Source of the DNA: Octopus bimaculoides | Taxonomy: Eukaryota | Reading direction: 5' to 3' | Assembly (NCBI RefSeq): GCF_001194135.2 | Contig: NC_068994.1 | Coordinates: forward strand, 23,102,296-23,166,295 | Length of the DNA: 64,000 nucleotides | In this document: positions 24,851 to 37,995 of the stretch, piece by piece | Layout of the letters: every line of letters begins with the position of its first letter | Numbering within the stretch: the stretch's first letter is position 1 | The notes under the pieces: model-generated | The model's database searches: none | Told to the model about the DNA's origin: nothing | The model's input: only the letters and a program-made list of their open reading frames with translations | Program-made: the position numbers and the translations under genes

Positions 24851-25939
24851 TTTATATCATACTTGATTTTTTCAGAACTGTGTTTTAATATATACTGGCA
24901 TGTTTGAATCAATATTTTAGTATTAAATCTATTGAAGTCATTTGAAAGATCTGCAACTGTTTAACAAAAACAGGTAAAAAAAGCAAAGCCCTGCAAGTCA
25001 CATCTATGGCCAAACTGTCACATTTGTAACTAGATTGTTATATCCTTAACCTGACTGTTATGTAAATAGCATAACTGTTATACTTTTCAGGAGTCTGTCA
25101 CATTTATTAAATTACACCAACCACTGTAATGTTATATCAATAACCAAACTGTTATTCAGACAATTGAATAAGTCATCTCAATAAAGCAAAATATCATAGA
25201 AATGAGCCGAAGTATCTGACACAAAATAAATTTCGTGAAATTATCACAGATGAAAGAGAACTGTCACATATAAATCCAAACTTCTATTTCTCTGACACTG
25301 AAACATGAAATTCTGTTAATTTTCTTTCCAATCATTGAAAAATAGCTCAAAGATTCTTCCAACCAAATCATGTAGCAGTATCAGACAATTATCTCCTGCT
25401 AGTGGTATAAACACGAGTGCTTATATGCACCACAAGTCTACATGAGAGGTTTTCTCATGTTAAGTAACACAGTATTTCGTGTTCTTACAACACAACGTCA
25501 ATTTTTAAGTAGGGATAAATATTACCATTTCGTATTAATACTGCTTCTGTTTCTTTTATTCTTTTGTTTTAGTCATTTGACTGCAGCCATGCTGGAGCAC
25601 CGCCTTAACTATTTATTAATTACTTTTACAAATTAGTTATTAAAATAAAAGCCATGATCATTAAGCTCTTATGGCCCATGTAGGTGTTGATGTACTGAAT
25701 AACTATGCAAAAAATTCTAAAGGATTTTGAAATTTCCTTCTTAGAGAAGGAAAACAAAAAACTAATGGTCATTAGATTTTGTTCTTTATCTAAATAAGAG
25801 TCAAATTTCAGTTCATTAATATTTTTCCCTACATCATGTTCCAGTTATCTTAATCAATGCCATAGGCTTATTCCAGTTATTTCCCTTAGCTCAATTTTGT
25901 TTGAATTCTTGTAGCTTCCAACCCCTTTTAGCTTTTGTC

Positions 25940-25990
<51 letters not shown>

Positions 25991-26059
25991 TGAGTCTCAT
26001 TTGTTGGATGGGTTGGTGTGTGGGTGGGTTTTTAAACTTTAATAAATATTCATAGCCAG

Positions 26060-26911
26060 TTCTTTGTTCCAGTGATAGCAACCACACAGAAAAGGATGGA
26101 CACCTACTCCATCACTGGGGGACAGGGAAGTTTTATGAAACCAAATGATAAATGTGACAAATCTGATAATAAGCTTGGTAAGTGGGTTCCATATGGAATG
26201 AATGAATACAATCAAAGAGAATGTGTCAATATCTGCACTGCTCTTTATTTACATGAGAAAATATCTCCATTTTTGAACTGCCTAATGACTTTTGATGAAA
26301 AGTGGATACTCTATAAGACATTAATGGGTTCGATCAGAACAAGCAAGACCCCATCCAAAACAAGATCTTCATCCTTGAAAAGTTTTGTCAAACATTTGGT
26401 CGGACATGTTTGGTGAAATACACTTTGAAACCCTGCCACAAAACCAGACAACTACAGTTCAAGTGTACTGTGAACAAATTGATAGAGTGAATGAAAAACT
26501 TACAGAACAAATGTGCTCTTTAGTCAATCGAAAGGGTTTCATTTGCCATCATGACTATGCCAGACCTCATAGTGCAAAGCAAAAATCACATGTGCCAAGA
26601 TTGAGAAGCTAGGTTGGGAAAGGCTTCCACATCCTCTGTATTCTCCTGACCTTGTTCCTTTGGGTTATCATTTATTCTGAAGTTTGCAAAATTTCATTGA
26701 TGGAAAAGAATACAATTCCTTAGAGGCACTTGAAATGGACCTTCAAGAAGTTTTCTCTTCTAAGTCAGCTGATTTCTTTAGGAATCGCATAAAAAAAATG
26801 TTATTGATTCTAATGGGGAATATATAGTTGATTAAATTGGTACCATACTTGCTTTTTTTATTTTTTCAAAGCCTACAACAAAAAAACAACATTACTTAAG
26901 GGACAACCTGA
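26060..26911 (+). mobile_element. mariner remnant (cecropia/mauritiana-like, DD34D)
   Basis: Reads LGKWVPY..FLNCLMTFDEKWILY, IWSDMFGEIHFETLPQNQT..YCEQID..HHDYARPH, HPLYSPDLVPLGYHLF. The 3' terminus is gggacaacctga|TA. Confidence 0.88.
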
Positions 26912-27299
26912 TATTAATAACAATTATTGATATTGAATTGGGTATAAGGGCCACAACTGGTAAGGGGAGGGATTTATCTGATTGACTAGCAACATCAATA
27001 GCAATAATAGTTTCTGATACAAGTACAAGGTCAGCAGTTTCAAGGGGAGGGTGTTAGTTGATACATTTGTTCCTAGTACTTGACAGTTACTCTATTTTAT
27101 TGATCTCAAAAGAATGATAGGCAAAGTTAGCTTAGGTGGAATTTGAATTCAGAATGTAAAAACTGGAAGAAATATTGCAAGGCATTTTGCCTGATGCTCT
27201 AATCCACAGAAAATGCCAAATCTACCGAAAATTTGTTAGATTGGCAGATAATTACAATTCAGGTTTGTAGAGGATCAGGACTACAGTTGATTTAACAGA

Positions 27300-28290
27300 C
27301 CCCCTATACTGAAACTGGTCCTCACCAGTTTGGTGGATTGGTGGAGACAGTAGGTGGGAGAAGACACAGGAGATGGAGTATACGCCTATTGTGCTCTTAG
27401 GTGATAGAAAGGTGATGGATATTAGCGGATGAAATGTGAGGGGAAAAAGTTGATGGGGCAGAGAGGATGAAGGTGAGGTGGGGAAGAGCCCCTCACTAAC
27501 AAGCATTCCCAAGGTGGTCTAGGCTATTAGTTCTGCTGTAGTGGATGGGTCTTCTTGAATACAGCAAGGTGCCAAATATCTCATTTCTTTGTCATCTGCT
27601 TTGTAGATCAGCCTTCAACACTTCGTCTCATGCCTTCCTGGGTCTCCTCTTCCACAAGTTCCATCCAATTTAAATGATCAGGACTCCTTTATGCAACTGT
27701 CTTCATGCATATACACTACATGACCAAACCAGTGCAGTCTTCTTTCTTACACACTGCATCTAATTTCTCTTACACCTAACCTTTCTTTCAATAGACTAGC
27801 ACATGTACACTAACATTGCATATCCAGCAGTGCATACTTGCTCCATTTCTCTCTAGTTTTTGCATGCCTCTGCATTCAGAGCCTACATCTTATTACTATG
27901 TAGCATTGCTGTTTGTACACATGCATCACACAGTTTTCCTTTCAAATGAAGAGAGAGACCTTTGGTTGCTAACAGAGGTAAAAGCTCTCTGAATTTCTCT
28001 ATCTTATTCTTATTCTAGCAATTACCCTTTTGGTACATCCTCCTTCACAGTTAATTAGGTCACCTTGGTAGCAGAAATTATCCACTACCTCTAGAGAGCT
28101 TCTGGGACATTTGAGGAAATCAATTTCCTATGTATCTGTAGACGTTATGGCTCCTGAACATCTTCCACATGCAAACACTACTTTCTATGTTAACCTTCCT
28201 ATTATTCCACTTCACCTTTTCTGTGTCCATAGCTTGCACTGGGTGCACTGAAGGAAATTCCTGCCTACACATATCCTGCATATCAAGTAG
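27300..28290 (-). mobile_element. RTE LINE 3' fragment with a Cys-rich (PHD-like) insert in the RT-thumb region
   Basis: Reads CRICVGRNFLQCTQCKLWTQKR*SGIIGRLT*KVVFACGRC, then FRELLPLLATKGLSL..LHWFGHVV..GRGDPG, followed by 3' UTR. Confidence 0.82.
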
Positions 28291-29001
28291 GGCTGAAAAT
28301 TCAAATTTCTGCAAAATTTGTTCTTACTTTCATGATTATATCTCCCTTTTTCTATGATAGTTGGCTGACATTTGCATGCAGGTTCTGGTTTCTTTCTCTA
28401 AGGAGCAGCATTCAATTCATTTAAAAATTTTAGTAAATGTTATCCAGTACACCATTATCTATGAGGATGCTTGATATTAGCAAAATGTAACCAACTTAAC
28501 GAAGGACATGTTGTATTAAATGAATACGTAATGTGATTGTGGGTGTAACAATTCTATCAATGTGTAAATAGAGGAATCAGAAATAGTAGATGACATGGTT
28601 AATGGATGGAAGATTGAAAAGCCTAGCATGATTAACAAATGCAATGGTGATACCAGTGATACATGACATATTGATACTACTCATGCAGCTAAAGAAGCTG
28701 CTGCTGTGTTACCAGTGATCAAGCTAAAGCTAAGATCAGCAACAACAGCCATATCAATATGATAAATCTATTTAACGATATCAATAAAATCAGTAATTGC
28801 AATAGCTTTGACTTAGCTAATAAAAACAACAGCAACTCAGTGATAGCACTGATCTCTAGCTAATGATATTAACAACACTAGCTATAATGGTAACAGCAAT
28901 ACTTCTGATCTAGTTATCTAGTTATTAACNNNNNNNNNNTGTATGTATGTATGTATGTATGTATATATGTATGTATCTATCTATCTGTCTATATATACAG
29001 T

Positions 29002-29081
<80 letters not shown>

Positions 29082-29318
29082 AAGAGGGAAAGAAAGGAAC
29101 ATTATGAATAATGATTTTATGGCTCTAGAATATTGCACTACCAGCAGCAACAATAATAATGACAACCTTATCTCAAGAAGCCAATCAAGGACCATGTATC
29201 AGTCAAATCTCCCTCAAACCCTATCATCTTAGAATAAAGATATATTGGCTAATGTAGTGTATGGTATGCAAAGGGGTAAGTCATGGACTGAACAGCTATG
29301 GGTTTGCTTGATGTACAT

Positions 29319-29631
29319 CAGTGGTTCTTAACCAGAGTTCATATGGCCTTTGGGGGCCCATATAATATTTTTAGTGAGTAAGGAGGCGGGGGGGGGGGGT
29401 CATGCTTGCAAAATAGTAAACTGGGGATTTACAGTAGTATTTTAAAGCTCCATAAAAAGTTCTGATTTAAATGTATGTTTTACAAGGTTTCTTTCTCAGA
29501 CGCTTTATATAGTTCAACCTATACAAGTGAATAAGTGAATGACAAAATAGGAATTTTGAAAGAAGTATCTATGAAATTAGTTTTTAAACATTGAGTGGGG
29601 TCCATAGGTAAAAAATGGTTGAGAACTACTG
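29319..29631. mobile_element. hAT (Charlie-type) MITE
   Basis: TIRs cagtggttcttaacc / ggttgagaactactg. The 8-bp flanks match only partly (atgtacat / aaccacat). Confidence 0.75.
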
Positions 29632-30429
29632 AACCACATTGAGCTGGGCTGAAGATCAGCAACAGTAAAGGATGTCTCCACACACTTTATCTCCTAGAAA
29701 TAGTTGTCAATCACCCTTTACTCCCACCAAAGGCTAAAAATGATGGGATGGTCATGACTGGAAGACCCTTGAGTATTTTGCAGCTCAGTCAGAGGTAGTT
29801 CAGAGTGTAGTAACAGCACTATCAATGCTGCTGATCTGCTGGTGTTATTTATGTTACATATCTGTAATAACATTAATTGAGCATATATTGCTGTTACATT
29901 TGTATGTCAAAGCTCAAAGAAATTCAAAATACTAAATTGATTACCTCCTCCTCCTCCTCCTCCTCNNNNNNNNNNNNNNNNNNNNNNNNNNNNNNNNNNN
30001 NNNNNNNNNNNNNNNNNNNNNNNNNNNNNNNNNNNNNNNNNNNNNNNNNNNNNNNNNNNNNNNNNNNNNNNNNNNNNNNNNNNNNNNNNNNNNNNNNNNN
30101 NNNNNNNNNNNNNNNNNNNNNNNNNNNNNNNNNNNNNNNNNNNNNNNNNNNNNNNNNNNNNNNNNNNNNNNNNNNNNNNNNNNNNNNNNNNNNNNNNNNN
30201 NNNNNNNNNNNNNNNNNNNNNNNNNNNNNNNNNNNNNNNNNNNNNNNNNNNNNNNNNNNNNNNNNNNNNNNNNNNNNNNNNNNNNNNNNNNNNNNNNNNN
30301 NNNNNNNNNNNNNNNNNNNNNNNNNNNNNNNNNNNNNNNNNNNNNNNNNNNNNNNNNNNNNNNNNNNNNNNNNNNNNNNNNNNNNNNNNNNNNNNNNNNN
30401 NNNNNNNNNNNNNNNNNNNNNNNNNNNNN

Positions 30430-30486
<57 letters not shown>

Positions 30487-31224
30487 TGTGTGTATGTGTG
30501 CGTGTGTGTTATCTTCAGGTCATTAAGAGACAACATGTAGCATGATGCAATAAAATCTCACTGATATATTTGTGAAGTTCAGTTCAAGCACTGAATCAGT
30601 AACAACACTCAGCTCTTAGCAATAGCTATTTAATGAACATTTCTTGCCATTTTTGACAATCCTATGATCATTTCATTAATTTTGAATAGTCATGCTGAGA
30701 TCCAATTTAGAAAGTTATTGGTAGCAGTTACTGAAAAAATGAAAATAAAAAAAATATTTTAATTTAAACTTATTGATTGATTCTTCTTTCATTCGTTTTA
30801 GCCATACATCATTTATAAACACATGGCTGATTTTTCTATCTGTCTTGTCATATAAGATGAAAAATGTTTCTTTTATTCAGAGAGGATTTTTTTATATTAA
30901 TATAGGAAATATTTTATGACGAATATATTGAATAGTCATTGGAACGTCACACAGATATAGCCCTGTAATATTCAGTTCTATTAGATATGGTTGCAGTGTT
31001 AAATTTTCGATGCAAATATGTAGTTCTGTATTTGATTCGATTGCTCTCCGACCCTAACTATGGTTGATCATTCTTTGCAAGTAGAACTTCATAGACAGAA
31101 ACTGTGCAGGAACCATCATACATGTATGTTCCTATTTGTCTGTCTGTAGGTATGTATGTATATACATAATTACAGACATGTATATACATACTTACAGACA
31201 TGTAGGATCATTATAAGTACAAGT

Positions 31225-31610
31225 ATGGTTGTGTGGTAAGAAGTTTGCTTCTGAACCACATGGTTCCAGGTTCGGTCTTGCTGCATGGTACCTTGACCAT
31301 GTATGTGTCTCCTGAGCAAAGCCTTATAAGTGGACTTGGTAAGCAAAAACTGAAATGAGCTCATCATAGGTGTGTGTGTGTGTGTGTGTATCTTTGTGTC
31401 TGTGTTTATTCCCCACCATCTCTTGACAATCAGTGTTAGCATGTTTATGTCCTTGTGTCTTAGCAGTTCAGCAAAGGAGACTGATAGAGCAAGTACCAGG
31501 CTTAAAAAAATAAGTACTGGGGTCATTCATTTGACTAAAAATTCTTTAAGGTGGTGCCCCAGCATAGCTGCAATCTAATGATTGAAACAAGTAAAAGATA
31601 AAAGATATCT
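31225..31610 (+). mobile_element. tRNA-derived CORE-like SINE with internal (TG)n
   Basis: Head gtgtggtaagaagtttgcttctgaaccacatggttccaggttc and CORE-like ccttg..aagtg. Related copies: about 23985-24105(-), 32445-32585(+), 40985-41100(+), 42060-42365(-), 56205-56615(-), 61965-62355(+). Confidence 0.7.
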
Positions 31611-32660
31611 GTGATGGATGTATATCTGTGAAAGACTAAAGTGTCAATGAGAAAATTGATCAACCAGTTCCTTCTGATATTTGTTTTACTCATTTGCACA
31701 GAGACTCCTTGTTCATCTTGCTATTATAAATGCAATGAAACAGTGATTGGTCCATTATAACTAACCTTATAACTAACAATGCTCTCATTTAGAAAATGTA
31801 ATTAAGAAAATATAAAAACTATTACTGTTTGTAAAGAACTTTTCGTATCTTCACAATTTTTCCATATTTACTTTGCAGCTTGTTAACTCTGCAGTAAATC
31901 TTGTAATTATCTAGAAATACATAAATACAGTTGTTAGTTCAGTTCTATAGACTTGTTTTAGCAATACATAAACAAATGCTATCAAAGTAAACATCTATCT
32001 TCATGAGTAATACAATTTATGTTCAGTAATAACTTCATTCGATTTTTAACAGTTAAACTTCATTTTCAAGGCTTTTTTCTTCTTTTTTTCTTTTTAGTTT
32101 GACTATTCAGCTATTTCCTTATCATAAACATTTACACAAAAATTCCTCTTTAACTTTCACATCATAGTATGAGGTGTGAGGCCATGAATATTGGATCAAA
32201 TATAACAAAATATGTTGCCAGTAAGATCAACAGCAGGAAATTCAATTGAATTTGTAAGTCTCCATTGAGAGAAATGAAAGAGCTCAGATTATTTCATAAC
32301 ATTGATCTTCATATAGAAATAGTAGTTAGGCATTTCTTTCAAGCAGCAATAGATTATTGCAGCACATAAGATTATTACTACAGAGATTAATCTTATATTC
32401 CTTGCCTAAGATAATTGTTCTTTGTGTAATGATGCAGATTTTGCTGTGTGGTTAGGAATAGTGCTGTGCAACCTCATGGTTCATCCACACTATGCAGACC
32501 ATAGGCAAGTGTTTTCTCCTACAGTCTAGGGTTAACGAATATCTACTGAGTAGAATTTGGTAAACAGAATTTGTGACGAAACCTGTTGTGTATACATACA
32601 TACATACATACATACATACATGCATACATGCATACATACATACATACATACATACATACA

Positions 32661-32696
<36 letters not shown>

Positions 32697-32800
32697 TNNN
32701 NNNNNNNNNNNNNNNNNNNNNNNNNNNNNNNNNNNNNNNNNNNNNNNNNNNNNNNNNNNNNNNNNNNNNNNNNNNNNNNNNNNNNNNNNNNNNNTATATA

Positions 32801-33553
32801 TAGGGTGCAATTGGTAAAGTGTTTCCATTTTATATTTTTAATTTCGCACATGCACATTGTTTGTTTTTGATTTTGTTGACTACAAAGTATAGTAGGTTTA
32901 GTTGGGTACCATCTGTGAGAAAAACAGTTACATGATGCAATTCACTTTGCCAGAAATTTAGAAACATGCTGTACTGCTTGGCATTCACACTGGAAGCTCC
33001 AGTATGAACGTTTCTGAGTGTTTGGGTGTCAATCTGCAGACAACGCAATCTGAGGACATGTACTGAGAGTGATAAAAATTGAACATCCAGCCAACATTAT
33101 GGTGTTGGGAGTGATCACTAGTAATGATGATGCTATGCCTCCATTCATCTTTGCACATGGCCTCTGACTCAACATGGAGGCCTACATCCAGTGCCTGGAG
33201 GAGGTAGTGGTGTACTGTTCAAGAGGGTGGCTACTGGAAGACCCTATGTCTGGCAACAGAACTCTGCACCATGCCACACAAGCAGGAGAACAGAGTCATG
33301 AAAGTCAGACAATTTCTGCGACCACATCACCATTTGGCCACCTAACTCCCCAGATTGCAATCCCCTTTATTATTATGTATGGGGAGCAGTTGGGCGAGAG
33401 ATCAACAAAACTCCTTGTAACACCAAAAATAAACTGGGATCATGGCAGCATTCCCCAACTTAAACAAGGAAACTGTCCAGAAGAGTTGCCGGAAATTCCG
33501 AAGTCGTCCAGAGGCCGTGGTTGAAGCTGATGGCGATTTTATTGAATAAATTT
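32801..33553 (+). mobile_element. maT (DD37D) non-autonomous deletion derivative, same family as 2297-2948; 3' end runs into an N-gap
   Basis: TA|tagggtgc start. N-terminal KHAVLLGIHTGSSSMNVSECLGVNLQT is fused directly to RVIKIEHPANIMV. Also QQNSAPCH and WPPNSPD-like segments. Confidence 0.87.
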
Positions 33554-34236
33554 NNNNNNNNNNNNNNNNNNNNNNNNNNNNNNNNNNNNNNNNNNNNNNN
33601 NNNNNNNNNNNNNNNNNNNNNNNNNNNNNNNNNNNNNNNNNNNNNNNNNNNNNNNNNNNNNNNNNNNNNNNNNNNNNNNNNNNNNNNNNNNNNNNNNNNN
33701 NNNNNNNNNNNNNNNNNNNNNNNNNNNNNNNNNNNNNNNNNNNNNNNNNNNNNNNNNNNNNNNNNNNNNNNNNNNNNNNNNNNNNNNNNNNNNNNNNNNN
33801 NNNNNNNNNNNNNNNNNNNNNNNNNNNNNNNNNNNNNNNNNNNNNNNNNNNNNNNNNNNNNNNNNNNNNNNNNNNNNNNNNNNNNNNNNNNNNNNNNNNN
33901 NNNNNNNNNNNNNNNNNNNNNNNNNNNNNNNNNNNNNNNNNNNNNNNNNNNNNNNNNNNNNNNNNNNNNNNNNNNNNNNNNNNNNNNNNNNNNNNNNNNN
34001 NNNNNNNNNNNNNNNNNNNNNNNNNNNNNNNNNNNNNNNNNNNNNNNNNNNNNNNNNNNNNNNNNNNNNNNNNNNNNNNNNNNNNNNNNNNNNNNNNNNN
34101 NNNNNNNNNNNNNNNNNNNNNNNNNNNNNNNNNNNNNNNNNNNNNNNNNNNNNNNNNNNNNNNNNNNNNNNNNNNNNNNNNNNNNNNNNNNNNNNNNNNN
34201 NNNNNNNNNNNNNNNNNNNNNNNNNNNNNNNNNNNA
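33554..34236. other. Assembly gap (largest). Others: 1113-1600, 12295-12304, 28930-28939, 29966-30429, 32698-32794, 41799-42010, 44734-44771, 52016-52066, 53825-54181, 56389-56443
   Basis: Runs of N, mostly abutting microsatellites. Confidence 0.99.
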
Positions 34237-34249
34237 AATACATATATTT

Positions 34250-36265
34250 ATATATATTCTTTTATTCATTTCAGCCTTGAGGTTGCTGCCATGCTGAGGC
34301 ACCACCAGTGTAATCACCTTTAAATTGGCCAATTCTATGGGATTGGCTTTTGGTGAAGGAGGGAGTTCGATACCACTGCCCTCTTTTGAGTTTCCTGCCT
34401 TGATATTGGTTCATCTGGGATCTTGGATAGCAAGAGGTCAAGCTGTTTCTTGAAAACATCTACTCCCACTCCATGGATATCCCTCAGACGTTTTGGCAAG
34501 CAGTTAAATAGCTGTGGGCCCTTGAATCCCAAGATATTGTATTACATGGTCCTCACCTTCAATGAAACAGCTGGGACTTTTGGAACAGTGCAGTGATGTC
34601 CCTTTCAAGGACTGGTATAACTCGCAATTCCAAAGTTTGGTGCCAGCCCCTCCAGGATCTTCCATACATATATCACTGCATACCACTCCTGTCTTTGCTC
34701 CAGGGAGTAGAGTTGTAGCTCTTTCAGTCTCTCCCAGTAGCTCAGCTGTTACATTGATGCAATCTTCCTAATGTAGTATCGCCCCAAGTTCTGCTATCAA
34801 TCGTTGAATGTAAGGTGACCAGAGTTGAGAGCAGTAGTTTAGACAGCTGAGGACAAATGTCCTCCATAGGACCAGCATAGTTTCTTGGTCCCTTGTTCTG
34901 AAGGTTCTCAGAATCCATCTATCCATTTGCCTGCACACTGCCACCATTTTGGTGACATACATGTGAAACAAGGCATTGTTGCTTATATCAATCCCAAGAT
35001 CACACACCGTATATGATTCTAGGTTTGATGCTCCTTTTGGTCCAAAGTATCATTGCTGTGATTTCTGAGCGCTAACTAGCTGGTAGCAGAGGACTTGGAA
35101 TTTGCCTGCATTAAATTGCACGTTGTTGTCCTCAGCCCATTTATATATGGCATCTAGGTATTTCTGTAGAAGATTAGCTTCAGAAGGTTCGTTGACTGCT
35201 CATACTACTTGTGGGCATAGCTAGTAAGTGTGGCTATCTGTGTAACTGATGATATATCTGAAAGAGCCACTGTGAACAGTAGTGGCCTCAATACAGTTCC
35301 CTGAGGCACTCCACTTTTTATTAATGCCTCCATGGAGAGGGCTCCATTGGCTGCTACAGCTTGGCTTCTGTCTTTTAAGAAGCCATACAAACACTCTCCA
35401 ATTTTCCCAGTTATGCTGAGTCTCTGTAGTTTGTGACATATCCCATGATCAAAGGCCTTTGCAAAGTCGAGATATATCACATCTACATTTGAGCGATTCA
35501 TTAATTGTTTTAACACTCAGTCATAGTGTTGCAAAAGCTGTGCAAGGTAGCTTTTGCCTGAGTGAAAACTATATTGGGTGTCAGGAAGCAAGTCATTATC
35601 TTCAAGGAATGCAATTAGTTTCTTCCTGACAATGTGCTCCTTGACTTTGCTGACATAGAAAGTTAGAAAGACGGGTCTATAATTCTTAGCATCTGCTCTG
35701 CTACCTCCCTTTATGGATAGGGCATATAATGCCTTCCTTTAATTTTTTGGGAAGTGTCCCTGTTGTGAGGAAGCTCTGGAAGAGAATCTGAAGTGGTCTG
35801 GCTAGAGCCCCTTTGCATTTCTTTAGGAGGATTGCTGGGAATCCATCAGGGCTGAGTTTGGGCTCATCTCATCAATGGCTGATATCACATCAGTTTCCTC
35901 TATGTTGATGTTGTCAATAATTGCCATTTTGTTGTGCAGATCTGTGGAGCCAAAGAACTCATGAGGCATAGCTACTTGCAAGTGTCCCAGTGGAATGGTG
36001 AAAGCACTCTTGTATTCCACATTCAGTCTTTCACTGATCCTCTGGGGGTTTGCAGTCAGTGAGCTGTTTTCTTCAAGCAGTGGCCCTCTTTTGTACTGTA
36101 CTGAAGCAGATTGTTTTGCTTATCTATAGAAGGCTTTAGGGTTTGTATTAATATTTTTGACAGCCTTGGCCTCCTTTTTTGCCCTCTCCTTTTCATGGGA
36201 TTGTTTGAGTTCATTTTCAATCTCGAGCAATGTTCCTTTGAGGTAGGATCATTTGTTATCCTTTC
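34250..36265 (-). mobile_element. CR1/L2-group LINE, 5'-truncated, degraded RT
   Basis: Motifs NTNPKAFYR, YLDFAKAFD, SGVPQGTVLRPLLF, CDLGIDISN, YCSQLWSPY and GPQLFNCLP..FKKQLD..IPDEP..SNSL. AATAAA near the 3' end. Confidence 0.9.
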
Positions 36266-36276
36266 GTGACCCAAGA

Positions 36277-36289
36277 TAGACAGACAGAC

Positions 36290-36355
<66 letters not shown>
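36277..36355. repeat. (GACA)n(GATA)n microsatellite at the 5' truncation point of the LINE
   Basis: Direct reading. Confidence 0.95.
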
Positions 36356-37303
36356 ACACACAAGTGGCACAATATGCAGTGATTTATTGTCAAAAGACGT
36401 ATACAATAGTAGAAAAAACCCCAGAAAACCTGGTGGTCTTTGAGTAAGGGCCATTGTGATATTTATCACTCTCTTGTCATTCTTGCTTTCAGAAATACTG
36501 AACAGGTAAATTAGTTAAGTGGAAACCAATTATAGCAAAACTATTGGTTACCAATAGTGATATACAATAAACAATGTTACATTCTGTGTTGAATGGTATT
36601 ATACCATTCGATATCAGTTTCACTGCAGGGCAATATTTTGATGGTACTTCAGAACAATATGTCTAATTTAATTATCCTGAATGTATTATAGAAATATAGG
36701 TACTAGTAATATTTTAAACAGGGGAATGTTATCTGTACTTGCAATCTTGAATATTTTCATCATATCAGTAAATTTCTATAATATCTCCAGTATAAGTAAC
36801 ATTTGGGAAATAAGTTTCCCCTTCTATGAAAAAAAAAAAAAAAAAAAAATTTAGGTAGTAAAATACATTTTGTACTTTTCAAAATTATAGTCCAAGACAT
36901 GTATTGAAGGTAATGGAAAATGACACACACACACACACACACTTACTATATATTTGTAAGTGAGTATGTGTGAATAGGTGTAAATAGCAGTAGGTGTTGC
37001 AGGCTCTTTTCTCTACCAATGTTGAGAAAAGAATGATACTAAAGAACTCTCTTAACCTGGATACCTATCTAATCTGTAAATGTGAAATTTTCTCATCTTG
37101 CCCTCATGAATAGAGATACGCACTTGGATATTGGTGAACCACACCATGAATATAATCATTAGAGCCTCCACTACACTTTTCCTAACAGCCCTTTTCATGA
37201 ATGCCAAGATTGATTTTTTTCTAAGCACTCATGTAAGAAACCAATTGGTAAAGTAGGCTGAAACGGATCTATAATACTGTGCTGTATAAACGTGTGTGTG
37301 CGT

Positions 37304-37352
<49 letters not shown>

Positions 37353-37703
37353 CATAGATATATATGTATATACATATAAAATATATTGGTATAATATGTT
37401 TAATATACACACAATACATGTATATATATGTATATGTGTAATATATGTGTGTGTGTGTGTGTGTGGGTGTGTGTGTGTGTGTGTGTGTATGTGTGTATGT
37501 ATTTGCCTCTTTTTGGTGAACCATTAAGTTATGGAGATATGAGCGGCACAACAGAAACATAATATAACCCTACTCACTGAAAAAGAGAGAAAGGCAACTG
37601 GTTATGACACAAGAGAGAGGAGTCAAGCTGTAAGTTAGGAGATTGTGAGCAGTGATTTGGCTACCATTGTTCTTCATTTCCTGATATATTTTACATATAT
37701 ATG

Positions 37704-37995
37704 GAAATCACTCAGGACATGTTGGACTTCATGAATGAAGACCATCATCACTGTTGATGAGACATGGGTCTCTGCTTGATGTGTTTGGTCATCTTGCATA
37801 AAGACAAAAATCTGATGAGTGTGCACTGCACGCCTGTACTCTAGGAAAACAGCCAGAAATTCATGCAACCTACTGGCACAAAAATTCTCTCATATGTGCG
37901 GGAAGGGTGTTGTCACCTCCCATCCAAAAGATTTTGCCCATGTGGAATTAGTTTTGGTGGGAAAAATAAAGTTGGATACTTTTTGAATGTGCCAG
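37704..37995. mobile_element. Rearranged mariner: 5' terminus on the minus strand joined to an inverted internal fragment
   Basis: 37771-37995 matches the reverse complement of roughly 9282-9500. 37704-37770 matches roughly 9880-9960 on the plus strand (EITQDML..IITVDETWV). Confidence 0.8.

Noticed and set aside
31869-31912. 39-nt minus-strand mini-exon candidate (ttctag|...|gtaaat)
   Set aside because: No frame gives M13-like residues; chance splice-like motifs are common in AT-rich DNA.
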